A stretch of 64,000 nucleotides of DNA, from the NCBI GenBank assembly GCA_020632925.1, contig JACKER010000007.1:308910-372909 (forward strand). The letters run 5' to 3'. The notes below the pieces were generated by a model that was not told the DNA's origin, did no database searches, and was given only the letters and a program-made list of their open reading frames with translations. Both the position numbers and the translations under genes were made by a program. Source of the DNA: Alphaproteobacteria bacterium. GTDB taxonomy: Bacteria > Myxococcota_A > UBA796 > GCA-2862545. Shown piece after piece: positions 1 to 8,684 of the stretch (position 1 is the stretch's first letter; every line of letters starts with the position of its first letter).

Positions 1-301
1 AGGGAGTGCGCCCATCCTCGATGGGTGCGTCGAGGAGCCCCGTCTGGACGACGAGGTCGAGGAACGTCCCACATGGTCCTCCGAATGCGTGCCCACAGAC
101 CTCGGCCGGATCGCCGTCGGCATAGCAGATCGGAGAGTCGTACGCGGCGTGGAGGAGACCTGTGCATCCATCAGCGTGACGGAGCTTGTCGTTTGACCCG
201 CACGTGGGCAGTTCGAGCGCTTCGCAGGTGGGCCCGCCCGGCCGCGTAGGCTCGGGCAAAGACGGCTTCGGGTCGCAAGCCAGCATCGAAATGAGCAACA
301 T
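1..301 (-). CDS. Lipoprotein, partial. The start codon is at 299-301 and the 3' end runs off the window. It is a diverged paralog of the lipoprotein at 2931-3623
   Basis: Reverse-complement translation gives MLLISMLACDPKPSLPEPTRPGGPTCEALELPTCGSNDKLRHADGCTGL. This has a lipobox (LAC) and conserved Cys positions matching the 2931-3623 product. The start lies 3 nt downstream of the stop of the upstream metallopeptidase-like gene. Confidence 0.6.
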   Translation of the reverse strand, partial: MLLISMLACDPKPSLPEPTRPGGPTCEALELPTCGSNDKLRHADGCTGLLHAAYDSPICYADGDPAEVCGHAFGGPCGTFLDLVVQTGLLDAPIEDGRTP

Positions 302-304
302 TCG

Positions 305-1696
305 TCATCCCGCCGCGAACATGAAGCGCCTGATGGCGCCATCGAGTCGGTGGCTCCCGCCACAATGGTAGCGAGAGTACATCGCATACGCGAGATTGTT
401 GGTCGTCTGCGCCTGCAGGCGCCAGCAATGGGAGCCTGCCACGTCGTCCTCGTTGCTGTCTGGCGAGAACCCTGGCGGACACTGATGGCTCACCGGGTAC
501 ACAGAAGCCAGATGCAGCAGCTCGTGGAGTAGCCCATTCGCCAGCACGAGCGTTGGGTGAAATGCTGCCTCGACACTCGCTGCTCGGAGCCAGTCGCCCA
601 GAAGCTCCCTCCTCCCCTCCACGTCGCCAGAGACCACGACGCCATCCCCTTCCGGTGGGACCTCCGACCTGCAGGCTACTTGAGCGTTCGGGATCGACGT
701 GAAACAGGAAACCGGATCGTGGAGACAGTTCACGGGTTTCTGCCAGGATTCCGTGGCGGACCCCGTCGCGTTCTCGCCATCGTACGCCAGATCGTCACAG
801 TCGATTCCGGGTGATCCACCGCCCAGACAGCCGACCAGGTAGACGTTGAAGCCCCGGTCCAGTCGCTCCTCCAGCCACGCCCAGATTCGGCGAGTGTCAG
901 CGGGCGTCATGCGTGGGTTGTAGGCGGAGGCAACGCACAAGCTCCACTCTACGAGGTCGCTATTCGCCCGCAACATCGCCACCGCGGCCCGGACGAATTC
1001 GACCCAATCCGCCTCGGCGGTGGCGATAAGCGGTCGGATATCACCGTGGGTGAGGTCGTTCCTGCGGCGCAGCTCGTCGTCGGTCACCTTTCGAATCACC
1101 ATCTCGGGCAGAGCGACAACCTGATCGACCTGGGCCTGAGTCGGGACGGTGCACACCTGGCGTTGCAGACATGGCGCTCTGCAGTCGGTTGGTGGCCAGT
1201 CAGTGATGCCATAGGCGTTTCCGATGCACCATCGAATCGGATAGACGCGTTTGTCACGGCCGGGATCGTCGGAGGGATTGAAGGTAGCTGTCGCCTCATC
1301 GAACGGGGGTAGTTCGATGTGGGTACAATTGGGCTGACCGCGTGGTCCGTCGAAGCCATCGAAGGGGTCACGCGGAGGCCAGTCCACCGGAGTGGCGTCC
1401 AGGTACTGGTCGAGCTTGCCGGCCAGGCTGGTGCCCGTCAGACCGGCGGGTGGGCGGTGGGGGCGACCGCTGGGCTCGTGGAGGTCCAAGGTGGCGCCGG
1501 CGGCGTGGACGAGCTGGTCGCGGATGCCCCAGTCGTGCCAGATGGGTCCGAGCCAGGTCAGGCCGTCGTCTCCTCCTCCGCGCGCGTTGTCTGGAGGAGC
1601 GTCCCACCACTCGCCGCGCTGCTGGTCCCAGCGGGTGGCGATGCCGGAGGCGTCATGGATGCCGAACGCGCGCAGGTCGAGAGGGGGCCTGGTCAC
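305..1696 (-). CDS. Putative zinc metallopeptidase-like protein with a C-terminal HExxH domain, copy 1 (GTG start)
   Basis: 463-aa ORF. HELLH motif near the C-terminus (…NGLLHELLHLASVYP…AMYSRY…FMFAAG). GTGA stop/start overlap with the upstream 248-aa gene. Paralog of 3627-4898. No signal peptide detected. Confidence 0.7.
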   Translation of the reverse strand: MTRPPLDLRAFGIHDASGIATRWDQQRGEWWDAPPDNARGGGDDGLTWLGPIWHDWGIRDQLVHAAGATLDLHEPSGRPHRPPAGLTGTSLAGKLDQYLDATPVDWPPRDPFDGFDGPRGQPNCTHIELPPFDEATATFNPSDDPGRDKRVYPIRWCIGNAYGITDWPPTDCRAPCLQRQVCTVPTQAQVDQVVALPEMVIRKVTDDELRRRNDLTHGDIRPLIATAEADWVEFVRAAVAMLRANSDLVEWSLCVASAYNPRMTPADTRRIWAWLEERLDRGFNVYLVGCLGGGSPGIDCDDLAYDGENATGSATESWQKPVNCLHDPVSCFTSIPNAQVACRSEVPPEGDGVVVSGDVEGRRELLGDWLRAASVEAAFHPTLVLANGLLHELLHLASVYPVSHQCPPGFSPDSNEDDVAGSHCWRLQAQTTNNLAYAMYSRYHCGGSHRLDGAIRRFMFAAG

Positions 1697-2439
1697 GAGG
1701 TCTTCGCGGCGATGATGACGTCGGCGACGCCGTTGGGGGTGGACCCCGAGGTGGAGTACTGGAGGCCGGCCTGACCCATCAGTGCGCTGCCGGTGCTGAT
1801 GGCACCCGAGGTGTTGAGGAGGCCGTCACCGGTGATGTTGGAGCCGGTGGTGATGGTGGACCAGGAGCCGGGGAAGCGGTTGTCGCCGATGGTGTAGGAC
1901 CGCCAGGCGAAGGTGGGCGCGACGATGGTTCCCTGGACACCGTAGAAGACGATGGCGGCCATGAGCCCCGTGACCCCGACGGCAGAGAACGGAGCGCCGA
2001 TGGGGATGGAGACGGTGGTGCTGGACGGCAGGAGCTCGACGCGCTGTCGAGCGATGACCATGCCAGCGTCCTTCTGCGAGGCCCAGAGGCGGGCGAAGGC
2101 TCCCTTGGGGGTGGTGCCGGTGGTGAGACCTGCGAAGACGGCGGCCTGGACGAGCAGCGACGAGGTCTCGGCGGAGACGTCGAAGGCCTCGAGGTACTCC
2201 CCGTTCGCGGTGCGCTGGGTGCCGAGCGTCTGCCAGGCGTTCGGTCGTTCGCCGAGGATGTCGGCGGTGCGCCACCCGACGCGGAGGCCGGCGTTGGCCT
2301 CGGCCGCGCGGACGTCCAGTCCCGTGACCAGCGACGAGCCACCGTACAACAGCATCCAGGGTGTGGCGAACTGCATCACGTCCCCGTTGGCGCGGGCCAG
2401 CACCTGCCCCTCAGCGTACACGATCTTCGACATGCACAT
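1693..2439 (-). CDS. Hypothetical 248-aa protein (Thr/Ser/Gly-rich C-terminus, one long hydrophobic segment), copy 1
   Basis: ATG start with AGGGAGG 10 nt upstream. Near-identical paralog at 4895-5641. Translationally coupled (GTGA) to the HExxH protein. Confidence 0.7.
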   Translation of the reverse strand: MCMSKIVYAEGQVLARANGDVMQFATPWMLLYGGSSLVTGLDVRAAEANAGLRVGWRTADILGERPNAWQTLGTQRTANGEYLEAFDVSAETSSLLVQAAVFAGLTTGTTPKGAFARLWASQKDAGMVIARQRVELLPSSTTVSIPIGAPFSAVGVTGLMAAIVFYGVQGTIVAPTFAWRSYTIGDNRFPGSWSTITTGSNITGDGLLNTSGAISTGSALMGQAGLQYSTSGSTPNGVADVIIAAKTS

Positions 2440-2469
2440 CTCGGCAACCTCCCTGGCATACCGCTTGCG

Positions 2470-2493
2470 TAGCAGCAGCAGCAGCAGCAGCAG
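2470..2493. repeat. (CAG)7 trinucleotide repeat ((CTG)n on the coding strand) in the 5' leader of the 1693-2439 gene
   Basis: tag followed by 7 tandem cag. The paralogous leader at 5672-5689 has only 5 units. Confidence 0.9.
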
Positions 2494-2575
2494 AACGCAA
2501 GGATGTGGCAGAGGATCGCCCGGCTCGATCGGCTTGCGGTGCGGGTCCGTGGTTGTTCAGTTGGCGAACGGATGA

Positions 2576-2917
2576 ACCATCGAGGCGGCGAAGCGCGCGT
2601 TCGCAGACGGACCGGCGGTGACCTTCCGGTTCGACGAGTTCTACAGCGAGGCGCTCGACCTGCGTCGCGACGTGGATCTGGGGACCTACGAGGAGGGCTG
2701 CGCGGCCGTGCTCGATGCGTATCGGGCCGCCATCGACGAGGTGTTGGTGAGGGCGGGGCTGACGGCGGACGACGTGGACGACGTGTCCCTCACGGGCGGG
2801 ACCTCGCAGCTGCCGTTCGTGCGGGGGCTGTTCGCGGAGCGCTTCGGCCCGGGACGGCTGCGCAGCGCGGACGCGTTCACCAGCGTGTGCGAGGGGCTGG
2901 CGGTGGCGGCGGCCTGA
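2576..2917 (+). pseudogene. Truncated Hsp70 (DnaK/HscA-like) C-terminal fragment
   Basis: In-frame peptide …VSLTGGTSQLPFVRGLFAERFG…DAFTSVCEGLAVAAA matches the Hsp70 GG(S/T)xxxPxV and C-terminal DEAVAxGAA region. Reading frame opens immediately at the duplication boundary (~2570) with no N-terminal ATPase part. Confidence 0.55.
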
Positions 2918-2930
2918 GACTCGGCTCGGG

Positions 2931-3623
2931 TCAGGGTGTGCGGCGGCGCGCGGCTTCGGCCATCTGCAGGAGCTCTTCCTGTTGGTACGTGAACCACTCG
3001 ACACAGCAGTGGTCGCCGACGCACCCAGGTTCCGTCGCTTGGTTCGGCTCGCCCCACCACGCTCGGTCGGCGACCTCTCCATCACAGCAGACCTGGCCGA
3101 ACCGACTGGTCCCGACCAGCATGCCGGACTCGTCGAACACATCGATTCGACCACGCTCCCAAACCTCTTCGAATTCTCCGTCAACGCCCATCGGGTGCAT
3201 CGTTACCCTGGTAACGTCCGTGAACTTGTCGAACCGCCGGTCGTCACCGGTCTTGCACCAGAATGCCCAGATTTCGTTGGCCCACACCTGATCGAAGGAG
3301 CCCGTGTCCGGCGTTCCGGGCGGCCAGCGATCCCACGTGCCGTTCTCGAAGTCTGGCTCGAGCATTCCGCTCTCGGCGACCCGCTCGAGGAAGGTGGGGC
3401 AAGGATCGGCTCCGCACTCGACGGTGGGATCCGGGCCGGCGTAGCAGGTCACCCGCGACACGAACTCGTTGGCATAGAGCCCCGTGCAGCCCCCGACGTG
3501 GGGGATCTTGTCCCCTGGACCGCACGTCGGCAGGTCGAGGGGCTGGCACGAGGGTGGAGACTCGGATGGGGGGGGCGGTGTTTCGGGCTCGGTCCTGCAC
3601 GCCCACAGGGATAGGAGCAGCAT
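2931..3623 (-). CDS. Cys-rich secreted lipoprotein (hypothetical)
   Basis: MLLLSLWAC lipobox signal. 230 aa. Overlaps the stop of the upstream HExxH gene. Diverged paralog partially present at 1-301. Confidence 0.65.
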   Translation of the reverse strand: MLLLSLWACRTEPETPPPPSESPPSCQPLDLPTCGPGDKIPHVGGCTGLYANEFVSRVTCYAGPDPTVECGADPCPTFLERVAESGMLEPDFENGTWDRWPPGTPDTGSFDQVWANEIWAFWCKTGDDRRFDKFTDVTRVTMHPMGVDGEFEEVWERGRIDVFDESGMLVGTSRFGQVCCDGEVADRAWWGEPNQATEPGCVGDHCCVEWFTYQQEELLQMAEAARRRTP

Positions 3624-3626
3624 CGG

Positions 3627-4898
3627 TCAACCCGCGAACATGAAGAGGTCGATGGCGTCGTCGAGCCTGTGACCGCTGCAGTTGTACCGGGAATACATCG
3701 CGTACACGAAGTTGTGCGTGGTCTGGGCCTGCAGCCGCCAGCACTTCGAGCCGGGCGTGTGGTCTTCGTTGCTGTCTGGGGCGAAGCCGGGCGGGCACAT
3801 GGGCGTCACGGGGTAGACCGCTGCCAGGTGGATCAGTTCGTGGACGAGGTCGCCGGCCAGATTGAGGATGCCGATGAAGGTGTCCACGGTGTTGCCCGCG
3901 CTGAGCCAATGATCGTTCATCAGCTCGACCCTGCTCTGCACGTCCCCAGGTAGCACGACCCCGTCGCCTTCCGGGGGAACGGCACTTTCACATGCGACGT
4001 GGACCTCGTGCAGCACGAGGACGGCTTCCGGAACGAAGCACGACACTGGACTGTGCAGACAGTTGACGGGGTGCTGCCAGCTCTCTGTCGCACCCGTCGT
4101 GGCATCCTCTCCGTCATAGTCGGGATCTCGACAACCGAGTCTCGAGTTCCCGCCGAAACAGCCGACGAGGTAGACGTTGAAGCCGCGATCCAGCCGCTCT
4201 TCGAGCCACGCCCAGATCCGTCGGGAGTCGGCCGGCGTCATCCGCGGGTTGTAGGCCGCCGCCAGGCACAGGCTCCACTCGAGCAGGTCGCGGTTGGCGC
4301 GAAGCATCGCGACGGCGGCACGGACGAAGTCGACCCAGTCGGCCTCCGAGGTGTACGCAAGGGGCTTGAGGTCCGCGTCGTCGAGTTCGTTCCTGCGCCG
4401 CAGCTCGTCGTCGGTCACCTTCCGGATCACCATGTCGGGTAGCGCGATCACCTGGGCGATCTCGGCCTGGGTGGGGAGGCTGCACACCTGGGGTTGCAGG
4501 CAGGGCGCCCGGCAGTCGGTGGGTGGCCAGTCGGTCGCCCCCCAGTCGCGATTCATGCAGAAGCGGATGGGGTAGGCGAACTTGTCGCGACCGGGGTCGT
4601 TGCCGTTGAAGCTCGCGCCCACGTGGACGATCGGTGGAGGTTCGATCTGCTGGCAGTTGGGGCGACCGAAGGGGCCATCGAACGGTGGCTCGTGGACCCC
4701 GCCAGAGCCGAAGGTCTCCTTCCATCGATCGAGGAGGTGGCTGGCCTCCAGGTCGAAGGGTCCGATCCCCGAGCCCGCCGCCCGGGCGTTGTCGGGAGGA
4801 GCGTCCCACCACTCGCCGCGCTGCTGGTCCCAGCGGGTGGCGATGCCGGAGGCGTCGTGGATGCCGAACGCGCGCAGGTCGAGAGGGGGCCTGGTCAC
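3627..4898 (-). CDS. Putative zinc metallopeptidase-like protein with a C-terminal HExxH domain, copy 2 (GTG start)
   Basis: HELIH motif. N- and C-terminal regions are near-identical to copy 1 and the middle is diverged with indels. GTGA overlap with the 4895-5641 gene. The track ORF 3627-5477 over-extends into the upstream gene. Confidence 0.65.
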   Translation of the reverse strand: MTRPPLDLRAFGIHDASGIATRWDQQRGEWWDAPPDNARAAGSGIGPFDLEASHLLDRWKETFGSGGVHEPPFDGPFGRPNCQQIEPPPIVHVGASFNGNDPGRDKFAYPIRFCMNRDWGATDWPPTDCRAPCLQPQVCSLPTQAEIAQVIALPDMVIRKVTDDELRRRNELDDADLKPLAYTSEADWVDFVRAAVAMLRANRDLLEWSLCLAAAYNPRMTPADSRRIWAWLEERLDRGFNVYLVGCFGGNSRLGCRDPDYDGEDATTGATESWQHPVNCLHSPVSCFVPEAVLVLHEVHVACESAVPPEGDGVVLPGDVQSRVELMNDHWLSAGNTVDTFIGILNLAGDLVHELIHLAAVYPVTPMCPPGFAPDSNEDHTPGSKCWRLQAQTTHNFVYAMYSRYNCSGHRLDDAIDLFMFAG

Positions 4899-5641
4899 GA
4901 GGTCTTCGCGGCGATGATGACGTCGGCGACGCCGTTGGGGGTGGACCCGGAGGTGGAGTACTGGAAGCCGGCCTGCGCCATCAGGGCGCTGGTGGTGGTG
5001 ATGGCGCCCGAGGTGTTGAGGAGGCCGTCTCCCGTGATGTTGGAGCCGGTGGTGATGGTGGACCAGGTGCCAGGGAAGCGGTTGTCGCCGATGGTGTAGG
5101 GCCGCCAGACGAAGGAGGGGGAGACGATGGTTCCCTGCACCCCGTAGAAGACGATGGCGGCCATGAGCCCGGTGACGCCGACGGCGGAGAACGGAGCGCC
5201 GATGGGGATGGAGACGGTGGTGCTGGACGGCAGGAGCTCGACGCGCTGCCGGGCGACGACCATGCCGCCGTCCTTCTGCGCGGCCCAGAGGCGGGCGAAG
5301 GCTCCCTTGGGGGTGGTGCCGGTGGTGAGACCGGCGAAGACGGCGGCCTGGACGAGCAGCGAGGAGGTCTCGGCGGAGACGTCGAAGGACTCGAGGTACT
5401 CGTTGTTGGCGGTGCGCTGGGTGCCGAGTGTCTGCCAGGCGTTCGGTCGTTCCCCGAGGATGTCGGCGGTGCGCCACCCGACGCGGAGGCCGGCGTTGGC
5501 CTCGGCCGCGCGGACGTCGAGGCCCGTGACCAGCGACGAGCCACCGTACAACAACATCCAGGGTGTGGCGAACTGCATCACGTCCCCGTTGGCGCGGGCC
5601 AGCACCTGACCCTCAGCGTACACGATCTTCGACATGCACAT
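4895..5641 (-). CDS. Hypothetical 248-aa protein, copy 2
   Basis: ~95% identical to 1693-2439. Same RBS and leader. The track ORF 4895-6487 is an over-extension. Confidence 0.7.
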   Translation of the reverse strand: MCMSKIVYAEGQVLARANGDVMQFATPWMLLYGGSSLVTGLDVRAAEANAGLRVGWRTADILGERPNAWQTLGTQRTANNEYLESFDVSAETSSLLVQAAVFAGLTTGTTPKGAFARLWAAQKDGGMVVARQRVELLPSSTTVSIPIGAPFSAVGVTGLMAAIVFYGVQGTIVSPSFVWRPYTIGDNRFPGTWSTITTGSNITGDGLLNTSGAITTTSALMAQAGFQYSTSGSTPNGVADVIIAAKTS

Positions 5642-5671
5642 CTCGGCAACCTCCCTGGCATACCGCTTGCG

Positions 5672-5689
5672 TAGCAGCAGCAGCAGCAG
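5672..5689. repeat. (CAG)5 trinucleotide repeat in the 5' leader of the 4895-5641 gene
   Basis: tag followed by 5 cag, then aac. Copy 1 has 7 units. Confidence 0.9.
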
Positions 5690-5766
5690 AACGCAAGGAT
5701 GTGGCAGAGGATGGCCCGGCGCGATCAGGGCACCGTGCGGGTCAGTGGTTGTTCGCGTGGGGAAGA

Positions 5767-7005
5767 TCAGGTGGGTCGGGTGTCCCAAGGCAGCACGGCG
5801 TCGGTCTCGGTGAGCCAGCGCGCCTCCTCGACGGGGGCGAGCACGAGCCCGGGAGCGACGCGGTCGCCGTAGGTCTCGCGGAAGGCGCGCAGACCGCTCG
5901 TGGACCGCCGGTCGGGGTGAGTGGTGAGCTTGACCTCCACCGGGAACAGCCTGCCGGCGTACTCGAGCACGAGGTCGACCTCGGCGCCGCCGTGGGTGCG
6001 CCAGTGCCAGAGGTTGGGGCGGGGCGACATCCGCGCGCACTGACGCCGAACCTCGCCCACCGCCGCGGTCTCGAAGAGCGCGCCGACGAGCGGGTGCCCA
6101 CCGAGGGCGGCCGGAGACGGGACGGCCTGCGACGCAGCCGCCAACCCGGTGTCCGCGAAGTAGCCCTTGGGCCGCGCGCTGAGCCGTTTGATCGCGTTGC
6201 CGGACCACGCGGGCACCTCGTGCCACTGGAACGTCGCCGTGAGCAGGTCGAGCCAGGACCGTGCGGTCGTGCGCGCGATGCCCAGCTCCCGCCCGAGGTG
6301 GGCGTGGTTCACCTCCTGGGCGCTCAGCGCGGCGGCGAGCCCGAGGAAGCGCCCGAAGGCCTGCTGGTCGGACACCTCGGACAGCAGGCGGACGTCGCGC
6401 TCGATGTACGTCCTTCTGTACGCGAGGTGGAGGTCGGGCACGAGATCGAGCGGCAGCGCCCAGGCCTCGGGGAGCGAGCCGCGCCACAGGACCTCGTAGA
6501 GCGTGCGTCCGAGCGGGAGACGCCCCGGATGATGGGTGACGAGATCGCGCGGGTCGGTGAGCCAGCGCGCGAGCCAGGGCTCACCGTCGACGCCGCCCGC
6601 GCGCTCCGCCAGGGAGAAGCCCTCGAGGTCCAGGAAGACGGCGCGGCCGGCGAGGCTCTCGGCCAGGCCGCGCAACGCGCTCCACTGCTGCGAACCCGTC
6701 AGCACGTAGGTCCCCGGACGACGATCGCGATCCACCCGCCGCTTGATGGCCGCGGCGAGCTCGGGGGCGTTCTGGACCTCGTCGACCACCAGGGGAGGGG
6801 GGCGGTTGGCCAGGAACAGGTCGGGATCGGCGCGAGCGCCCGCCACGTCCACCACGGGATCGAGGACGACCGTGTCCCAGCCGGGGAGTGCGTGTCGCAG
6901 CAGCGTGCTCTTCCCGACCTGCCGTGCCCCCGTCACCACCACGACCGGAAAGTGCGCGATCAGGCGCTGTAACCGGTCGGTCAGGTCGCGGTGGACATAG
7001 GTCAT
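5767..7005 (-). CDS. AAA+ ATPase, DUF4143-type (COG1373-like)
   Basis: Walker A (GARQVGKST), Walker B (LVVDEVQ) and a C-terminal DUF4143-like region. ATG start confirmed at 7003-7005. Confidence 0.75.
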   Translation of the reverse strand: MTYVHRDLTDRLQRLIAHFPVVVVTGARQVGKSTLLRHALPGWDTVVLDPVVDVAGARADPDLFLANRPPPLVVDEVQNAPELAAAIKRRVDRDRRPGTYVLTGSQQWSALRGLAESLAGRAVFLDLEGFSLAERAGGVDGEPWLARWLTDPRDLVTHHPGRLPLGRTLYEVLWRGSLPEAWALPLDLVPDLHLAYRRTYIERDVRLLSEVSDQQAFGRFLGLAAALSAQEVNHAHLGRELGIARTTARSWLDLLTATFQWHEVPAWSGNAIKRLSARPKGYFADTGLAAASQAVPSPAALGGHPLVGALFETAAVGEVRRQCARMSPRPNLWHWRTHGGAEVDLVLEYAGRLFPVEVKLTTHPDRRSTSGLRAFRETYGDRVAPGLVLAPVEEARWLTETDAVLPWDTRPT

Positions 7006-7130
7006 CTGGATCTCCGAGCGTGGGACACTCGAAGATCAGGGTAACGCGAGGAGGCCCCGCCCGTGCCCGACGATGTCGGACAAGCGGAGATGATGGTAGA
7101 CTCGGTCTCGATGGTGGGGCAGGCTGGTCC

Positions 7131-8648
7131 GTGATCACCTTCCTGCTGGCTGGATGTGTCTCCTCGACCCCACTGTCGAGTGTCCCGACCCTGTCACTGG
7201 TCCAGCTGGGGGAGCCGAACGTCGCGCCGAGCTGGGTGCTGTCCGTGTCCGGGTCGGCCGGCCCGGCCAGGGTCGAGCTGGAGGGCGGTGGGGAGCGGTG
7301 GAACGTCCTCCTGCAGGGCTCGCGCGTGATGCAGATCCGCGGCCTGCTGCCGGACACGACCTACACCGTCTCGGTCACGATCGGCACCAACACCACACGA
7401 ACCACGATCGAGAGCCCACCCGCCCCCGACTGGCTGCCGAGGATGGACGTCCTCGTCGACGAGCCGGACCGTGTGGAGCCGGGGCTGCTCCTGTTCGCCG
7501 CCACCCCGCTCGACCGACCCGGATCGCTGGTGCTCGCCCTCGACGAGCAGCTCCGCGTCCGCTGGTGGCTCGTGGCCGACGCGACGTGGAGCTTCGCCAC
7601 GGTCTCCCCTACCCACACGCTGGTGGGACTGGTCGGCGGGCGGATCGAGGAGCGCGGCTGGGATGGCACGCTGCTAAGGCACTTCACGGACCGTCCCGGA
7701 GCGCCCGAGGACCTGCCGCTCGCCCGCTCGCTCAACCACGAGGCGTTCCCGATGGAGGACGGCACGGTCTGGTCCATCGCCTCCGACACGGTCGTGTTCG
7801 ACACCTACCCCGCGAGCTACCAATCGCTCGACCCGGTCGGACCGCCCGTCGACGTGGAGGACACGCCGGTGGTGCGGATCGGGGCCGACGGCTCCGAGAT
7901 CTCGACGTGGTCGTTGGCGGATCGCCTCGACCAGGGGCGGGTGACGTTCAACGGCATCCACCTGACCCCGGACGGGATGGACTGGGTCCACGCGAACGCG
8001 GTGGTCCCCGACGGCCTGGGCGGGGTCGTGGTGAGTGCGCGCAACCAGGACGCCCTGTTTCGGCTGGACCCGGAGGGCGACCTCGACTGGATCCTGGCCG
8101 ATCCGGGTGGCTGGGCGGAGCCGTGGGCGAGCCACCTCCTCCGGCCCGTCGGCGAGCTGCGCTGGCCGTACCACCAGCACGGGCCTCAGTGGTCGGCGGA
8201 CCGCTCCATGCTGGTCGTGTTCGACAACGTGGACGCGGGGTGCAATCCCTACGTCGAGTGTCCAGCCGAGCCGGGCGGCAGCCGCGCCGTCGCCTACGAG
8301 ATCGACCCGGTCGAGCGGACCGTGCGCCAGCTCTGGGAGCTCGACCAGACGGCGACCGGACCCGTGATGTCCCACATCTTCGGCAACGCACGGGAGCTGC
8401 CGCTGACGGGCAACGTCCTGGCCACCTTTGGAGCGGTCCTCGAGGAGGATGGCGTGCCCAACCCCAATTCGGGGCGCGGCAGGGCGTCGGTGCGCCTCGT
8501 GGAGTGGGATCCGTCGGATCCCGGCCACCCCGTCCGAGACCTCCGCCTGTACAGCGCGGCCGACGAAGGCGCGGAGGGGTGGCAGGTGTATCGGTCGGAG
8601 CGGTTCCTCCCCGATTGGGCGGGATGGCCACCCCGACCGACGCAGTGA
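7131..8648 (+). CDS. Beta-propeller lipoprotein, possibly arylsulfotransferase (ASST)-like
   Basis: GTG start gives MITFLLAGC (lipobox). 505 aa. Family assignment is weak. The track ORF 6888-8648 over-extends at the N-terminus. Confidence 0.55.
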   Translation: MITFLLAGCVSSTPLSSVPTLSLVQLGEPNVAPSWVLSVSGSAGPARVELEGGGERWNVLLQGSRVMQIRGLLPDTTYTVSVTIGTNTTRTTIESPPAPDWLPRMDVLVDEPDRVEPGLLLFAATPLDRPGSLVLALDEQLRVRWWLVADATWSFATVSPTHTLVGLVGGRIEERGWDGTLLRHFTDRPGAPEDLPLARSLNHEAFPMEDGTVWSIASDTVVFDTYPASYQSLDPVGPPVDVEDTPVVRIGADGSEISTWSLADRLDQGRVTFNGIHLTPDGMDWVHANAVVPDGLGGVVVSARNQDALFRLDPEGDLDWILADPGGWAEPWASHLLRPVGELRWPYHQHGPQWSADRSMLVVFDNVDAGCNPYVECPAEPGGSRAVAYEIDPVERTVRQLWELDQTATGPVMSHIFGNARELPLTGNVLATFGAVLEEDGVPNPNSGRGRASVRLVEWDPSDPGHPVRDLRLYSAADEGAEGWQVYRSERFLPDWAGWPPRPTQ

Positions 8649-8684
8649 CGTACCCCGTGCCACGCGGAAGCGCGGGGCGGATGA

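Noticed and set aside
1342-2472. Long plus-strand ORFs (376 aa, 346 aa at 4634-5674, and similar) rich in Arg/Gly/Ala
   Set aside because: They are antisense to the well-supported minus-strand cassette genes. The Arg/Gly/Pro composition is typical of wrong-frame ORFs in 70% GC DNA. They lack RBS and domains.
6888-7130. N-terminal extension of ORF 6888-8648
   Set aside because: It overlaps the ATPase gene on the other strand. The GTG at 7131 gives a clean lipoprotein signal peptide.
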